DNA from: Methanopyrus kandleri AV19
GTDB lineage: Archaea; JAADCQ01; Methanopyri; Methanopyrales; Methanopyraceae
NCBI RefSeq assembly: GCF_000007185.1
Contig: NC_003551.1
Coordinates: forward strand, 930,001 to 962,000
DNA: 32,000 bases
Direction: 5' to 3'
Positions 1-8,138 of this stretch are shown in pieces; position 1 is the first letter of the stretch; every line of letters starts with the position of its first letter. Under the pieces are notes generated by a model, which saw only the letters and a program-made list of their open reading frames with translations, was not told the origin of the DNA and made no database searches. The position numbers and the translations under genes are program-made.

Positions 1-169
1 CGTACTCCTTTACCACCTCCTGCAGCTCCCGATACAGCTCCTCTTCCGACAGATCCGTTTCTAAACCCGCCTCGATCATAGCGCGGATAGCGTTCCTACG
101 CGCTTCCTCCGCCAGCTTGGAGGACGGGTACAGTGTGTCGTCCACATCGAACAGTACGGCTTTGATCAT
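1..169 (-). CDS. HAD-superfamily hydrolase, N-terminal fragment (runs off window start)
   Basis: Reverse-strand translation MIKAVLFDVDDTLYPSSKLAEEARRNAIRAMIEAGLETDLSEEELYRELQEVVKEY; DxDDTLY motif of HAD hydrolases. Not in the supplied ORF track because it is truncated. Confidence 0.85.
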   Translation of the reverse strand, partial: MIKAVLFDVDDTLYPSSKLAEEARRNAIRAMIEAGLETDLSEEELYRELQEVVKEY

Positions 170-926
170 GGGGGGACTCCCCACGCTTCGCATCGAGCCG
201 GTTCCGCTGGAGAGGAAGGTACGACCCGGAGACGACCTCGCGGAGCTCATCGCGGAGTCCGCGGAGCTCGAGGAGGGGGACGTCCTCGCGATCGCTCACA
301 CGGTAGTATCTAAGGCCGAGGGGGCCCTAATTAGTCTCGACGAGATCGAGCCCAGTCCCTTCGCTAAGACCCTCGCCGAGCGGACTGGTAAAGATCCGCG
401 TGTGGTCGAGGTGATCCTTCGGGAAGCGGAGTCCATCGTGCGGGTCGGTCCGGACTTCATCATCACGGAAGTGCGAGGAGGGATGGTCTGCGCCAACGCA
501 GGCGTCGACGAATCGAACGCACCGCCCGGGTACGTGATCGTCCTGCCCGAGGATCCCGATCGCAGCGCCCGAGAACTCCGTCGGCGTCTCCGCGAACTCG
601 TCGGAGTTGACGTAGGAGTCATCATCACCGACACTCAAGGTCGACCTTTCAGGGAAGGGGTTGTCGGCGTAGCGATCGGGGCCTCCGGAGTGCCCGTACT
701 GGCCGACCGGCGTGGGGACCGCGATCTCTACGGTCGCGAGCTGAAAATCACGATCGTAGCGCTCGGTGACCTCCTAGCCTCCGCGGCGGAGCTCGTGATG
801 GGGCAGGCCGACGAGGGTACGCCTGCGGTCATCTTCCGTGGGCTCAAGCCCGAGCTTGAGCGGTTCGAAGGTCCCCGGAAGGCTCGAGCGATTATCCGCT
901 CTCCAAGTAGGGATATATTCAGATGA
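168..926 (+). CDS. cofE: Coenzyme F420-0:L-glutamate ligase-like protein
   Basis: LRIEPVPLERKVRPGDDLAELI, VVSKAEG, ANAGVDESNAP, IITDTQGRPFREGVVGVAIG are typical of CofE. The ORF opens at 117; ATG at 168 is the last canonical start before the conserved region. Confidence 0.9.
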   Translation: MGGLPTLRIEPVPLERKVRPGDDLAELIAESAELEEGDVLAIAHTVVSKAEGALISLDEIEPSPFAKTLAERTGKDPRVVEVILREAESIVRVGPDFIITEVRGGMVCANAGVDESNAPPGYVIVLPEDPDRSARELRRRLRELVGVDVGVIITDTQGRPFREGVVGVAIGASGVPVLADRRGDRDLYGRELKITIVALGDLLASAAELVMGQADEGTPAVIFRGLKPELERFEGPRKARAIIRSPSRDIFR

Positions 927-969
927 ACAAACATTTGGCCCACACAAACCTCACGTGGGTTATCTCACC

Positions 970-982
970 AAAAAGTATTTAA
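970..982 (+). promoter_or_regulatory. Possible TATA box upstream of the leader hairpin and surface-protein gene
   Basis: AT-rich AAAAGTATTTAAC in an otherwise GC-rich region, about 25-30 nt before a plausible transcript start near 1000. Confidence 0.45.
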
Positions 983-1022
983 CTAATTGTGGTTTTCAGT
1001 GAGTTCTGGATAGTACGATGAT

Positions 1023-1059
1023 ACCCCGGGTAGCTCGGGCCGAAGCCCGGGTCCGGGGT
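1023..1059 (+). promoter_or_regulatory. GC-rich hairpin in intergenic/leader region
   Basis: ACCCCGG (1023-1029) pairs with CCGGGGT (1053-1059). Inner CUCGGGC (1034-1040) pairs with GCCCGGG (1045-1051, one G-U) around a CGAA loop. Confidence 0.55.
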
Positions 1060-1082
1060 TGATGTAAGTCGGGGGGTAGGTA

Positions 1083-1088
1083 GGAGGT
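1083..1088 (+). promoter_or_regulatory. Shine-Dalgarno sequence GGAGGT
   Basis: GGAGGT ends 5 nt before ATA at 1094, which is in frame with the signal-peptide-like segment. Confidence 0.55.
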
Positions 1089-1093
1089 TCAGG

Positions 1094-4000
1094 ATAAAAG
1101 GAAACACCGAGCTACTAACTTTAACAGTAATCTTCACACTAATGACACTGTGTGCCAACAGTGCACAGGCTAACATTACAGTACATATCACGGTGTACAA
1201 CGATTCGGACGCATGGGATCAATCACATATCCAAGCATATGATGAGTTCCTAACGCGGTGTGAGCAAAACGGTGTCAAGGTGGCGGTGTTCCACTACCCA
1301 CACTGTGAAAACACCGCCTCCGGGATCACCGACGTGATTAAAGGACATCTCGGTCCCAACGGGGCGATCGAGTTCGTCGGCGTACACGGCACTTCGCACT
1401 CGATCGCCGGACTCCCGGAGGACGTCCAGAAGATGGAAATCCAGTACTGCTGGGAGTTCCTGGAGGATCAAGGGCTCGGACCCTATCTACGCAAGGACAT
1501 AATCTCCCCGTCGCCCGAGTGGATCATGGACGACACGTTCGTCAAGGTCTGTCAGGAACTCGGGACCCGAGAGGTGGTCTGCGGCTACAGGACGTGGGAG
1601 CTCGACCCCGATAAGCACCCGCGGTGGTACGGTAAAGACTACGACTACATCGCGGATATCATGGTGATCAAGAAGCTGAATACTAACGGGTACACCGTGT
1701 ACGTCTGTCCGGTGATCGACTTCGAGGAGCTCGTAGGTGACGTAGTGGATGAACTGGGCGTCTACAATCTCAGTAACCTTAAGACCATGCTGCGGAAGGC
1801 CATCGAAACGCTGCGCAATACTGGCGCGATTCGCGACGGTAGCCACCTTATGATGTGGGTACTCATCCACCCGTGGCAGCTAACCGAAGATATACGCGTC
1901 GGCAGGAATGACAACACAAGACCAGGTATGGAATTGATCGAAGAGTTCATACAGTGGGTCAAGAAAGGTCAGCTGGACTATGAGGTGAATGGGATTAACA
2001 TCAAGTTCGTACTCGAGAACCCGAGCGATGCAATACGGATCGAGAGGAACATCGAGCAGAACCCGACGGCCTACGGCCATCCGATGGTGACCGTGACGAA
2101 ATTGGACTGGGTCTCGATGATCAAGGCCAGCGGAGGTAAGACGGCCAGGGAATTGAAGCATGATCACCAGAAGCTCGTCGACATCTGGGAGCGGGCGATG
2201 AAGAAGCTCCAGAAGGTCGCACCCCAGTTGTCGTCCCTGAGGCAGACGGTGGACAGGCTGGTCTACGACGTCGTGCTCAGGGCGACCAACGAGTTCAGGC
2301 TCAGCGTGATGGCGACGAAAGGGGACTTCTGGGGTACCAAGTACGATGCCACGCAGTACGTGCAAATGTGGGAGCGGGAGATCCAGATACTGGAGGGGGC
2401 TGATTCAGGGGACGATCCAGTACGTGGGAACCGAGTCGGTCCCGGGAGCCCAGGTGATGGTGTTCAAGCAGGACGATCAGACCATCAAGGTACTGTTCCC
2501 CGAGAACAGGTGGTACTTGTCACAGACTATCCTCACGGCGGGGCCTCTGAGCGCTCAGAAGACCGACTACGGGGCCGACTACGCGGTCCTGACGATCCGG
2601 TGTCCAGTGACCACCCAAGGATGGAAGATCACCGGCGGCGTGATCGTGATCAAGGACCAGAAGGGCAACGAGCTGGCCAGGGTGAGGTTCGGTCCCAACA
2701 ACGTAGTGAACGGGGAGCTGGTCAAGGAGGTGAGGCTAGAGGGTCTCGGTTCGTACCCGCCGGAGTTCCAGGTAAGGATCGAGGTGGTGTTCGAGAGACG
2801 CGAGACCTGGCGGACACCGAGTCAGACGATCACCCTGACGACGAGCGGTACCTCCACGGTCAGGCTAGCTCGGGCGTCGGTATCGGGCGAGCTCAAGGTG
2901 AAGGACATCTCGGGATTACAGGCGACGTTGGTGGTCAGTTACTCGGTGACCACTGAGAACTGCGACGTCGAATCGGTCACGATCGAACTACTGCGTGACG
3001 GTCAGATGGTCGACAGGAAGACGGTGAGTTCTCCGCAAGGTTCTGTTGAATTCACGGTGACCGAGGAGGGTGAGTATCAGGTCAGGATCATCGTCGAATG
3101 TACTCGCGGTGTAACAGCTGAGACGCTAACAAACTCCGTTACAGTGCGGTTCCCGAGTGCTTCGGTGTCTGGTGGGCTTAGTATCGAGAGTGTGAGCTCC
3201 TCATCGGCGGTGCTTAAAGTTGACTACTCGGTGACAACCGAAGACTGTAGCGTCGAATCAGTCACTGTAGAACTACTATGCAACGGTCACGTTATCGACA
3301 CTAAGACGCTGAACTCACCACAGGATTCAGTCGAGTTCACGGTGACCCAAGAGGGTGATTACACGGCCAGGATCATCGTACAGTGCACGAGTGGTGTAAT
3401 CACTGAAGCGATGACGAATACCGTCACAGTACGATTCCCAAGCGCGTCAGTATCCGGTAAGCTCAGTATCAAAAACTTAGGCGCCTCATCTGCGGTACTG
3501 GAAGTCGACTACTCGATAGCAACCGAGAATTGCGGTGTCAACTCAGTAACGATCGAGTTACTACGCGACGATCAAGTAGTCACTACCAAGACTGTTAATT
3601 CACCACAAGGTTCCATCGAATTCACGGTGACCGAGGAAGGCAAATACAAGGCCAAGATCATTGCGAGATGTACGAACGGTGTGACCATCGAAACACTGAC
3701 CAACGCAGTTGTAGTACAGTTCCCGAGCACGCAGACGCCGGCCGGCATTCGGTTCGATCTATCGATCCTATCGCCGCTGGCGGCGATCGCGGGTATAATG
3801 TTGGCGTGGCAGCTCCTCGGCCAACCGGTTCAGACCACGAGTGAGACCGTGGAAGCACCTACAATCCCGAACAAGCAAGTAACGGCCAAGGAGGTTCAGA
3901 AGGAGGGAGTCGAGCAGGAACGTAAGACGACGAACGTCCCGGAGACCGAGAAGATCAAGGAGGGTAAGGAGCTCGGGAAGCCGCTGTCAGAACTCCGATC

Positions 4001-4205
4001 TCGAGAGGAGGTGGAGAAAGTGCGCGGAGCGGTGGAAGTCGGAGAGTCAGTACGGAGTGAGAACGGTTCGAGCCGTCGGCGAGGTGGTACGACCGGTGTC
4101 CTGGTGATCGGTAAGTACGTCACGGGAATCCCGGGCGTGCTAGCGCTGCTAGCCGGAGTGTGTGCTGTAGTCGGTGCAGCGCTGATCTTCAGGTGTCGGC
4201 GCTGA
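1094..4205 (+). CDS. Large putative cell-surface protein, split by a frame change near 2396-2400: NodB/polysaccharide-deacetylase-like N-terminal domain, three ~95-aa repeats and C-terminal hydrophobic segments
   Basis: ORF 1142-2956 is coherent to about 2398 (...REIQILEG), and ORF 2346-4205 is coherent from about 2400 (LIQGTIQYVGTES...). A signal-peptide-like segment KGNTELLTLTVIFTLMTLCANSAQA begins upstream of ATG 1142. GVHGTSH and LIHPW resemble NodB-type motifs. The C-terminus has VTGIPGVLALLAGVCAVVGAALIF. Confidence 0.6.
2874..3728 (+). repeat. Three tandem 285-bp (95-aa) coding repeats, probably Ig-like beta domains
   Basis: Units 2874-3158, 3159-3443 and 3444-3728 each begin ASVSGxLxI/V and contain NC/DC..VxSVTxELL...SPQ(G/D)S(V/I)EFTVT(E/Q)EGxYxxxI(V/A)xCT...(V)xFPS. 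Confidence 0.88.
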
Positions 4206-4271
4206 CGCCCCTCGATCATTTTATATCTTCCGAATCGTTACTCGTCTCAAAACGTTCGGGGGAGTACGGGG

Positions 4272-5483
4272 TTGCATTACGTCCTGGAGTGTGTTGAATG
4301 CGGTTCGGAGTTCGATGATGACTCACTGGTACGGTGCCCCGAGTGCGGAGGACTCCTGGAGGTGGCACTGCGCTACGACGAAATCGAGGTGAGTCGGTCG
4401 ACGTTCGAGGGTCGTCGCCTCGGCGTATGGGCCTTCCGGGAGCTCCTACCAGTGAACACGGACGATCCCGTCACGATGTCCGAGGGCGGTACGGGCTTAC
4501 ACCCGTGTCCGAGACTGGGCGAGGAGCTCGGTGTTAGGGAGCTGTTCGTGAAGAACGAGGGCGAGAACCCCACGGGCTCCTTCAAGGATCGGGGAATGAC
4601 CGTGGGAGTTACCAAGGCCGTGGAGCTCGGTGCGGAGGTCGTCGCATGTGCCTCGACGGGCAACACATCGGCCTCGTTGGCCGCCTACGCCGCCCGCGCG
4701 GGCCTTACGTGTGCCGTCCTCCTTCCGGCCGGTAAGGTGGCCCTAGGCAAACTCGCTCAAGCCCTCTTCCACGGTGCCCGCGTGATTCCAGTGAACGGCA
4801 ACTTCGACGACGCCTTGGATGTCGTGAAGAAGCTGGCCGATGAGGGCATCGTGTACATTCTAAACTCCGTGAACCCGTTCCGCCTCTCCGGTCAGCGTAC
4901 CATCGCGTACGAGATCTGCTTGCAGTTGGACTGGGAGGTCCCCGACGCGGTCGTCGTGCCGGTCGGTAACGCGGGTAACATCAGCGCGATCTGGCAGGGG
5001 TTCCTCGATCTCTACAGGCTGGGAATCATCGACGAGCTCCCGAGGATGTACGGAGTACAGGCGGAGGGTGCTCGACCGATCGTCGAGGCGATTCGGCGGG
5101 GCAAGGAGGACATCGAACCGGATCCCGAGCCCGAAACCGTCGCCACCGCGATCCGCATCGGTAACCCAGTGAACGCCATCAAGGCTCTCCGTGCCATCCG
5201 GTGTTCGGGCGGCTGGGCCGTAGAGGTCTCCGACGAGGAAATACTCTCGGCGCAGCGTGAGCTCGCAACGCGGGAGGGGATCTTCGTGGAGCCGGCGAGT
5301 GCCGCCTCGATAGCGGGACTCAGGAAGTTCGTGGAGGAGGGTGAGATCGACGCCGACGAGCGGGTGGTCTGCGTGACCACCGGACACGGTTTGAAGGATC
5401 CGGAGACGGTCATGGAAGTGTGTGAGCTGCCTGAACCCGTGGAACCGGATCCCGAGACCATACAGCGTTTAATCGCCGAGTGA
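4272..5483 (+). CDS. thrC: Threonine synthase
   Basis: N-terminal CxxC...CPxCGG zinc-ribbon-like segment, PLP lysine motif NPTGSFKDRGM, ACASTGNTSASLAAYAARAGL. TTG start at 4272. Confidence 0.92.
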   Translation: MHYVLECVECGSEFDDDSLVRCPECGGLLEVALRYDEIEVSRSTFEGRRLGVWAFRELLPVNTDDPVTMSEGGTGLHPCPRLGEELGVRELFVKNEGENPTGSFKDRGMTVGVTKAVELGAEVVACASTGNTSASLAAYAARAGLTCAVLLPAGKVALGKLAQALFHGARVIPVNGNFDDALDVVKKLADEGIVYILNSVNPFRLSGQRTIAYEICLQLDWEVPDAVVVPVGNAGNISAIWQGFLDLYRLGIIDELPRMYGVQAEGARPIVEAIRRGKEDIEPDPEPETVATAIRIGNPVNAIKALRAIRCSGGWAVEVSDEEILSAQRELATREGIFVEPASAASIAGLRKFVEEGEIDADERVVCVTTGHGLKDPETVMEVCELPEPVEPDPETIQRLIAE

Positions 5484-5588
5484 CCTCTACGGCTCCCTCG
5501 GATGTCAGTCTTACTCACAGGGCAAGGTCGCTCCGCGATCCTTCCAACGTCGGAAAACGTTATGAACACGATAACGAATCACGAGGAC

Positions 5589-5913
5589 GGCGGCGGGCGC
5601 GCCGAGGGGTGGACCCGGCCCCCGGAGCCCGGTACTCCCCCGGCCGACCTGCCTCCGGCGACCCCCGAGCGGCCGCGGGTCCGGGGTGGGCTGCTCCCTC
5701 TCGGGCCTGACCCGGTGCCCCGGCAAAGGCGGTGGCGCGCCGCCCTCCGGCGGCGGCCCCGCCACCCCGGGCCCCCGGGGGGCCGGAGGGTCATCGGTCG
5801 GGTCCGGGGGGCCGGTACTCCGGGGGACCGGGCCGCCCCCTCGGCTTCGGCCCCCGCATGAGGCGGATTTCGGGTTACAGCGGACCGCCAGCCCGCCGGC
5901 CTAGCCCGCCGCC
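5589..5913 (-). ncRNA. Signal recognition particle RNA (7S RNA)
   Basis: On the minus strand the 5' end GGCGGCGGGC pairs with the 3' end GCCCGCCGCC (helix 1). It contains CUGUAACCCGAAAUCCGCC (5' domain) and GGGUCAGGCCCGAGAGGGAGCAGCCC (helix 8). Local GC is far above flanking CDS. Ends inferred from helix 1. Confidence 0.92.
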
Positions 5914-5936
5914 ATCGAGATCGCCTCAAGGACGGT

Positions 5937-5945
5937 ACTTATAGT
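5937..5945 (-). promoter_or_regulatory. TATA box for SRP RNA
   Basis: Minus-strand CTATAAGTA about 25-30 nt upstream of the inferred SRP RNA 5' end. Confidence 0.7.
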
Positions 5946-5966
5946 TTAGGTCGTGATCGGTCAGTA

Positions 5967-6449
5967 TCACTCCCGCGCGATGTACACGTACGCCTCATAA
6001 CTACCCAGGGATGTTTTCACCTCCACCCGTTCGCGCTCGTAGAGTACCGGGTATCCCTCGTACCTGTCTATCGCCCGGATATCCTCGTCACTCAGCCCGA
6101 CGAGCAGTGCTCCCTTTACTTCCGATCCTTCCCGTTCGCGGATCGTGTTGTACCGGCCCCCAACGTCCTCAAGCGCTAGCTCGTACCCTTCCAGTACCGC
6201 CGGGTAGATGATCGTAGGCAACCTGTTGAGGACACCGACGACCATCTCGGGGTCAGTGAGGGTTCCGTACGCAAAGACACGCTCCGGGGGAAGGTCTTTT
6301 GACGGTTCCTCCTCGGTCGGAGTGACTACCAGTGCTCCGTCGGATTCCGCGACCTTATACGAGAACACGGCCTCTTCTTCCTCCTTCGGGTCCCTCTCCG
6401 GTAGGAACATTTGACGACCACCTCTTCCCACGTACACGTACACTTCCAC
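5967..6449 (-). CDS. Gamma-glutamylcyclotransferase (GGCT/AIG2)-like protein with N-terminal extension
   Basis: RVFAYGTLTDPEMVVGVL...LEGYEL...VKGALLVGLSDEDIRAIDRYEGYPVLYERERVEV; GTG start. Confidence 0.8.
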   Translation of the reverse strand: MEVYVYVGRGGRQMFLPERDPKEEEEAVFSYKVAESDGALVVTPTEEEPSKDLPPERVFAYGTLTDPEMVVGVLNRLPTIIYPAVLEGYELALEDVGGRYNTIREREGSEVKGALLVGLSDEDIRAIDRYEGYPVLYERERVEVKTSLGSYEAYVYIARE

Positions 6450-6487
6450 ACGGGTCCCCGGGGGGAACCCGCCCGTTGGCCCGTCTT

Positions 6488-8134
6488 ATGCGTTTGTCCT
6501 TCCGACTGCCCTCCCTCCGAGATTGCGTCTTAGGATGGATCCTCCTCCTAGGAATCTCCGCGCTATACTCGCCCCACTTGACGGTCTACGTGACGTTACC
6601 CGCGCTTGCTTCATTCGTCATCTTACTACTGGACCGTCTCGCTAAGCGGGACGTGCCCCCGAATCGGTGGCCTTTCGTCGGTTTAGTCTACGCGGTACCG
6701 TTAGTCCTGAGTGTCCCACTAGGGACCGTCGCAGTCGCCGTCACGAAAGGCGTAATGTCGACGTTCTTGACCTTGGCTCTGCTCGGAACGGTTCGCTCCG
6801 GGGTACTCCGGGCGGTTCCCGTGCTCGCGTACCTCGTGATAGACTCGCTGGCCCTGGCTACCTTGACCGGAGTTCCCCTCCCACCACTCCTTCTGGCATC
6901 ACTCACGGGAGGCGTCGTCGGGGCCGCCGTGGTGGCCGTTGTCGACACACTGACCTTGGCATCACTCGGCATCCGGACAACCGACGCCTTCGGAGAATTC
7001 CTGTCCTTCAAATCGGGCCGCGATCACTCCCTGCACTCCCTTTTCAGGGGAATGGAGACTCGAACGCGGGTTCGGGTTCCAGTCCGGGTATTCGCGTTCA
7101 TGACCAAGAACGGCGACGTGAAGGGTTGTTTCGTGATTCCTTGGATCCATCCTGGCCCGCTGGGTGACGTGGGAGGAGGGGACCTCCCCGGCAGGATCGT
7201 GCGACGGTTGCTGAAGGAGGGGATCGTACCCCTCGTTTTCCACTCCACGACAACGCACGATTTCAACCCGGTGGATCGGCGGGAAGCGGGTAAGATCGTG
7301 GAAGAGACCGTCAGATTGGTGCGCGAGGCTGCGGATCGAGAGGGTTGTAGTGTAGGTTCCGCTCCGGTCCGCGGGGAAGAGACGGACTCGGTCGGACAAA
7401 TATTGGGGGATAGACTCTTCCTAGTGCTGTCGAAGTACCCAGAGCCCAGCGACGACATAGACGCTGCCACCGGGATAGCCCTCGAACGCGAGACCGGTGG
7501 CTGGGTTGCGGACTGCCACAACTGCTTCGGAGACCCCGATCGTGGGAGGGTTTACGCGTTCTCCGAGGACTTCTGGCGGCTCATGCGGGACGCTCGTAGA
7601 ATCTCTGAGAGGGTGGAACCGACCCCCGGACTCAGGGCGGGATTCGATCACGCCGACCCAGGCCTCGACCCTGAAACGGGCTTGGGCAGCGGTGGGGTCT
7701 CCGTGGCAGCGGTGGAGGCTGATGGAACGCGCACACTATACGTCGTGTTCGACTCGAACAGCATCGTCCGCGAGCTCAAAGAAGAGGTAGAGCGGACGCT
7801 ACGGGACCTCGCCGAAGAGGTCGTGGTCTGCACGTCTGACTCTCACGAGGTTAATCCCAGGGGCTACAACCCGCTCGGGCAGATAATGGGACGAAACGAT
7901 AAGAGGAGGTTACTGAAGGCCGTCAGATGCGCGGCCGAGGGGGCGATCGAGGATCTCGAAGAGTGCGAGGTGGTCCCCGTGGAGGGATGGGTGAAGGTAG
8001 AAGTCACGGGTCCGGGGAGCTTCCAGCGACTCGTTCACTCCGTGGAGACGACCAGGACGGTGATCGGAGTACTCCTTCCGACGGCGTTCTTGGGGGTGGC
8101 CCTTCTTTCGCTCCTATTCGGAATCCGCACGTGA
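6488..8134 (+). CDS. DUF2070-like multi-pass membrane protein with soluble C-terminal domain
   Basis: Several hydrophobic segments followed by HPGPLGDVGGGDLPG..., STTTHDFNPVD, HADPGLDPETGLGSGG. ATG at 6488 preferred over the track start at 6332. Confidence 0.72.
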   Translation: MRLSFRLPSLRDCVLGWILLLGISALYSPHLTVYVTLPALASFVILLLDRLAKRDVPPNRWPFVGLVYAVPLVLSVPLGTVAVAVTKGVMSTFLTLALLGTVRSGVLRAVPVLAYLVIDSLALATLTGVPLPPLLLASLTGGVVGAAVVAVVDTLTLASLGIRTTDAFGEFLSFKSGRDHSLHSLFRGMETRTRVRVPVRVFAFMTKNGDVKGCFVIPWIHPGPLGDVGGGDLPGRIVRRLLKEGIVPLVFHSTTTHDFNPVDRREAGKIVEETVRLVREAADREGCSVGSAPVRGEETDSVGQILGDRLFLVLSKYPEPSDDIDAATGIALERETGGWVADCHNCFGDPDRGRVYAFSEDFWRLMRDARRISERVEPTPGLRAGFDHADPGLDPETGLGSGGVSVAAVEADGTRTLYVVFDSNSIVRELKEEVERTLRDLAEEVVVCTSDSHEVNPRGYNPLGQIMGRNDKRRLLKAVRCAAEGAIEDLEECEVVPVEGWVKVEVTGPGSFQRLVHSVETTRTVIGVLLPTAFLGVALLSLLFGIRT

Positions 8135-8138
8135 TGGT

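Noticed and set aside
2400-2956. C-terminal 180 aa of ORF 1142-2956 as a real protein extension
   Set aside because: Arg/Gly/Asp-rich out-of-frame composition, while the overlapping frame gives coherent beta-rich protein matching the downstream repeats.
5502-5929. ORFs 5502-5861 (+), 5511-5765 (-), 5579-5929 (-), 5686-5904 (+), 5732-5944 (+)
   Set aside because: All lie on the SRP RNA; composition is low-complexity Pro/Gly/Arg caused by structural RNA GC content.
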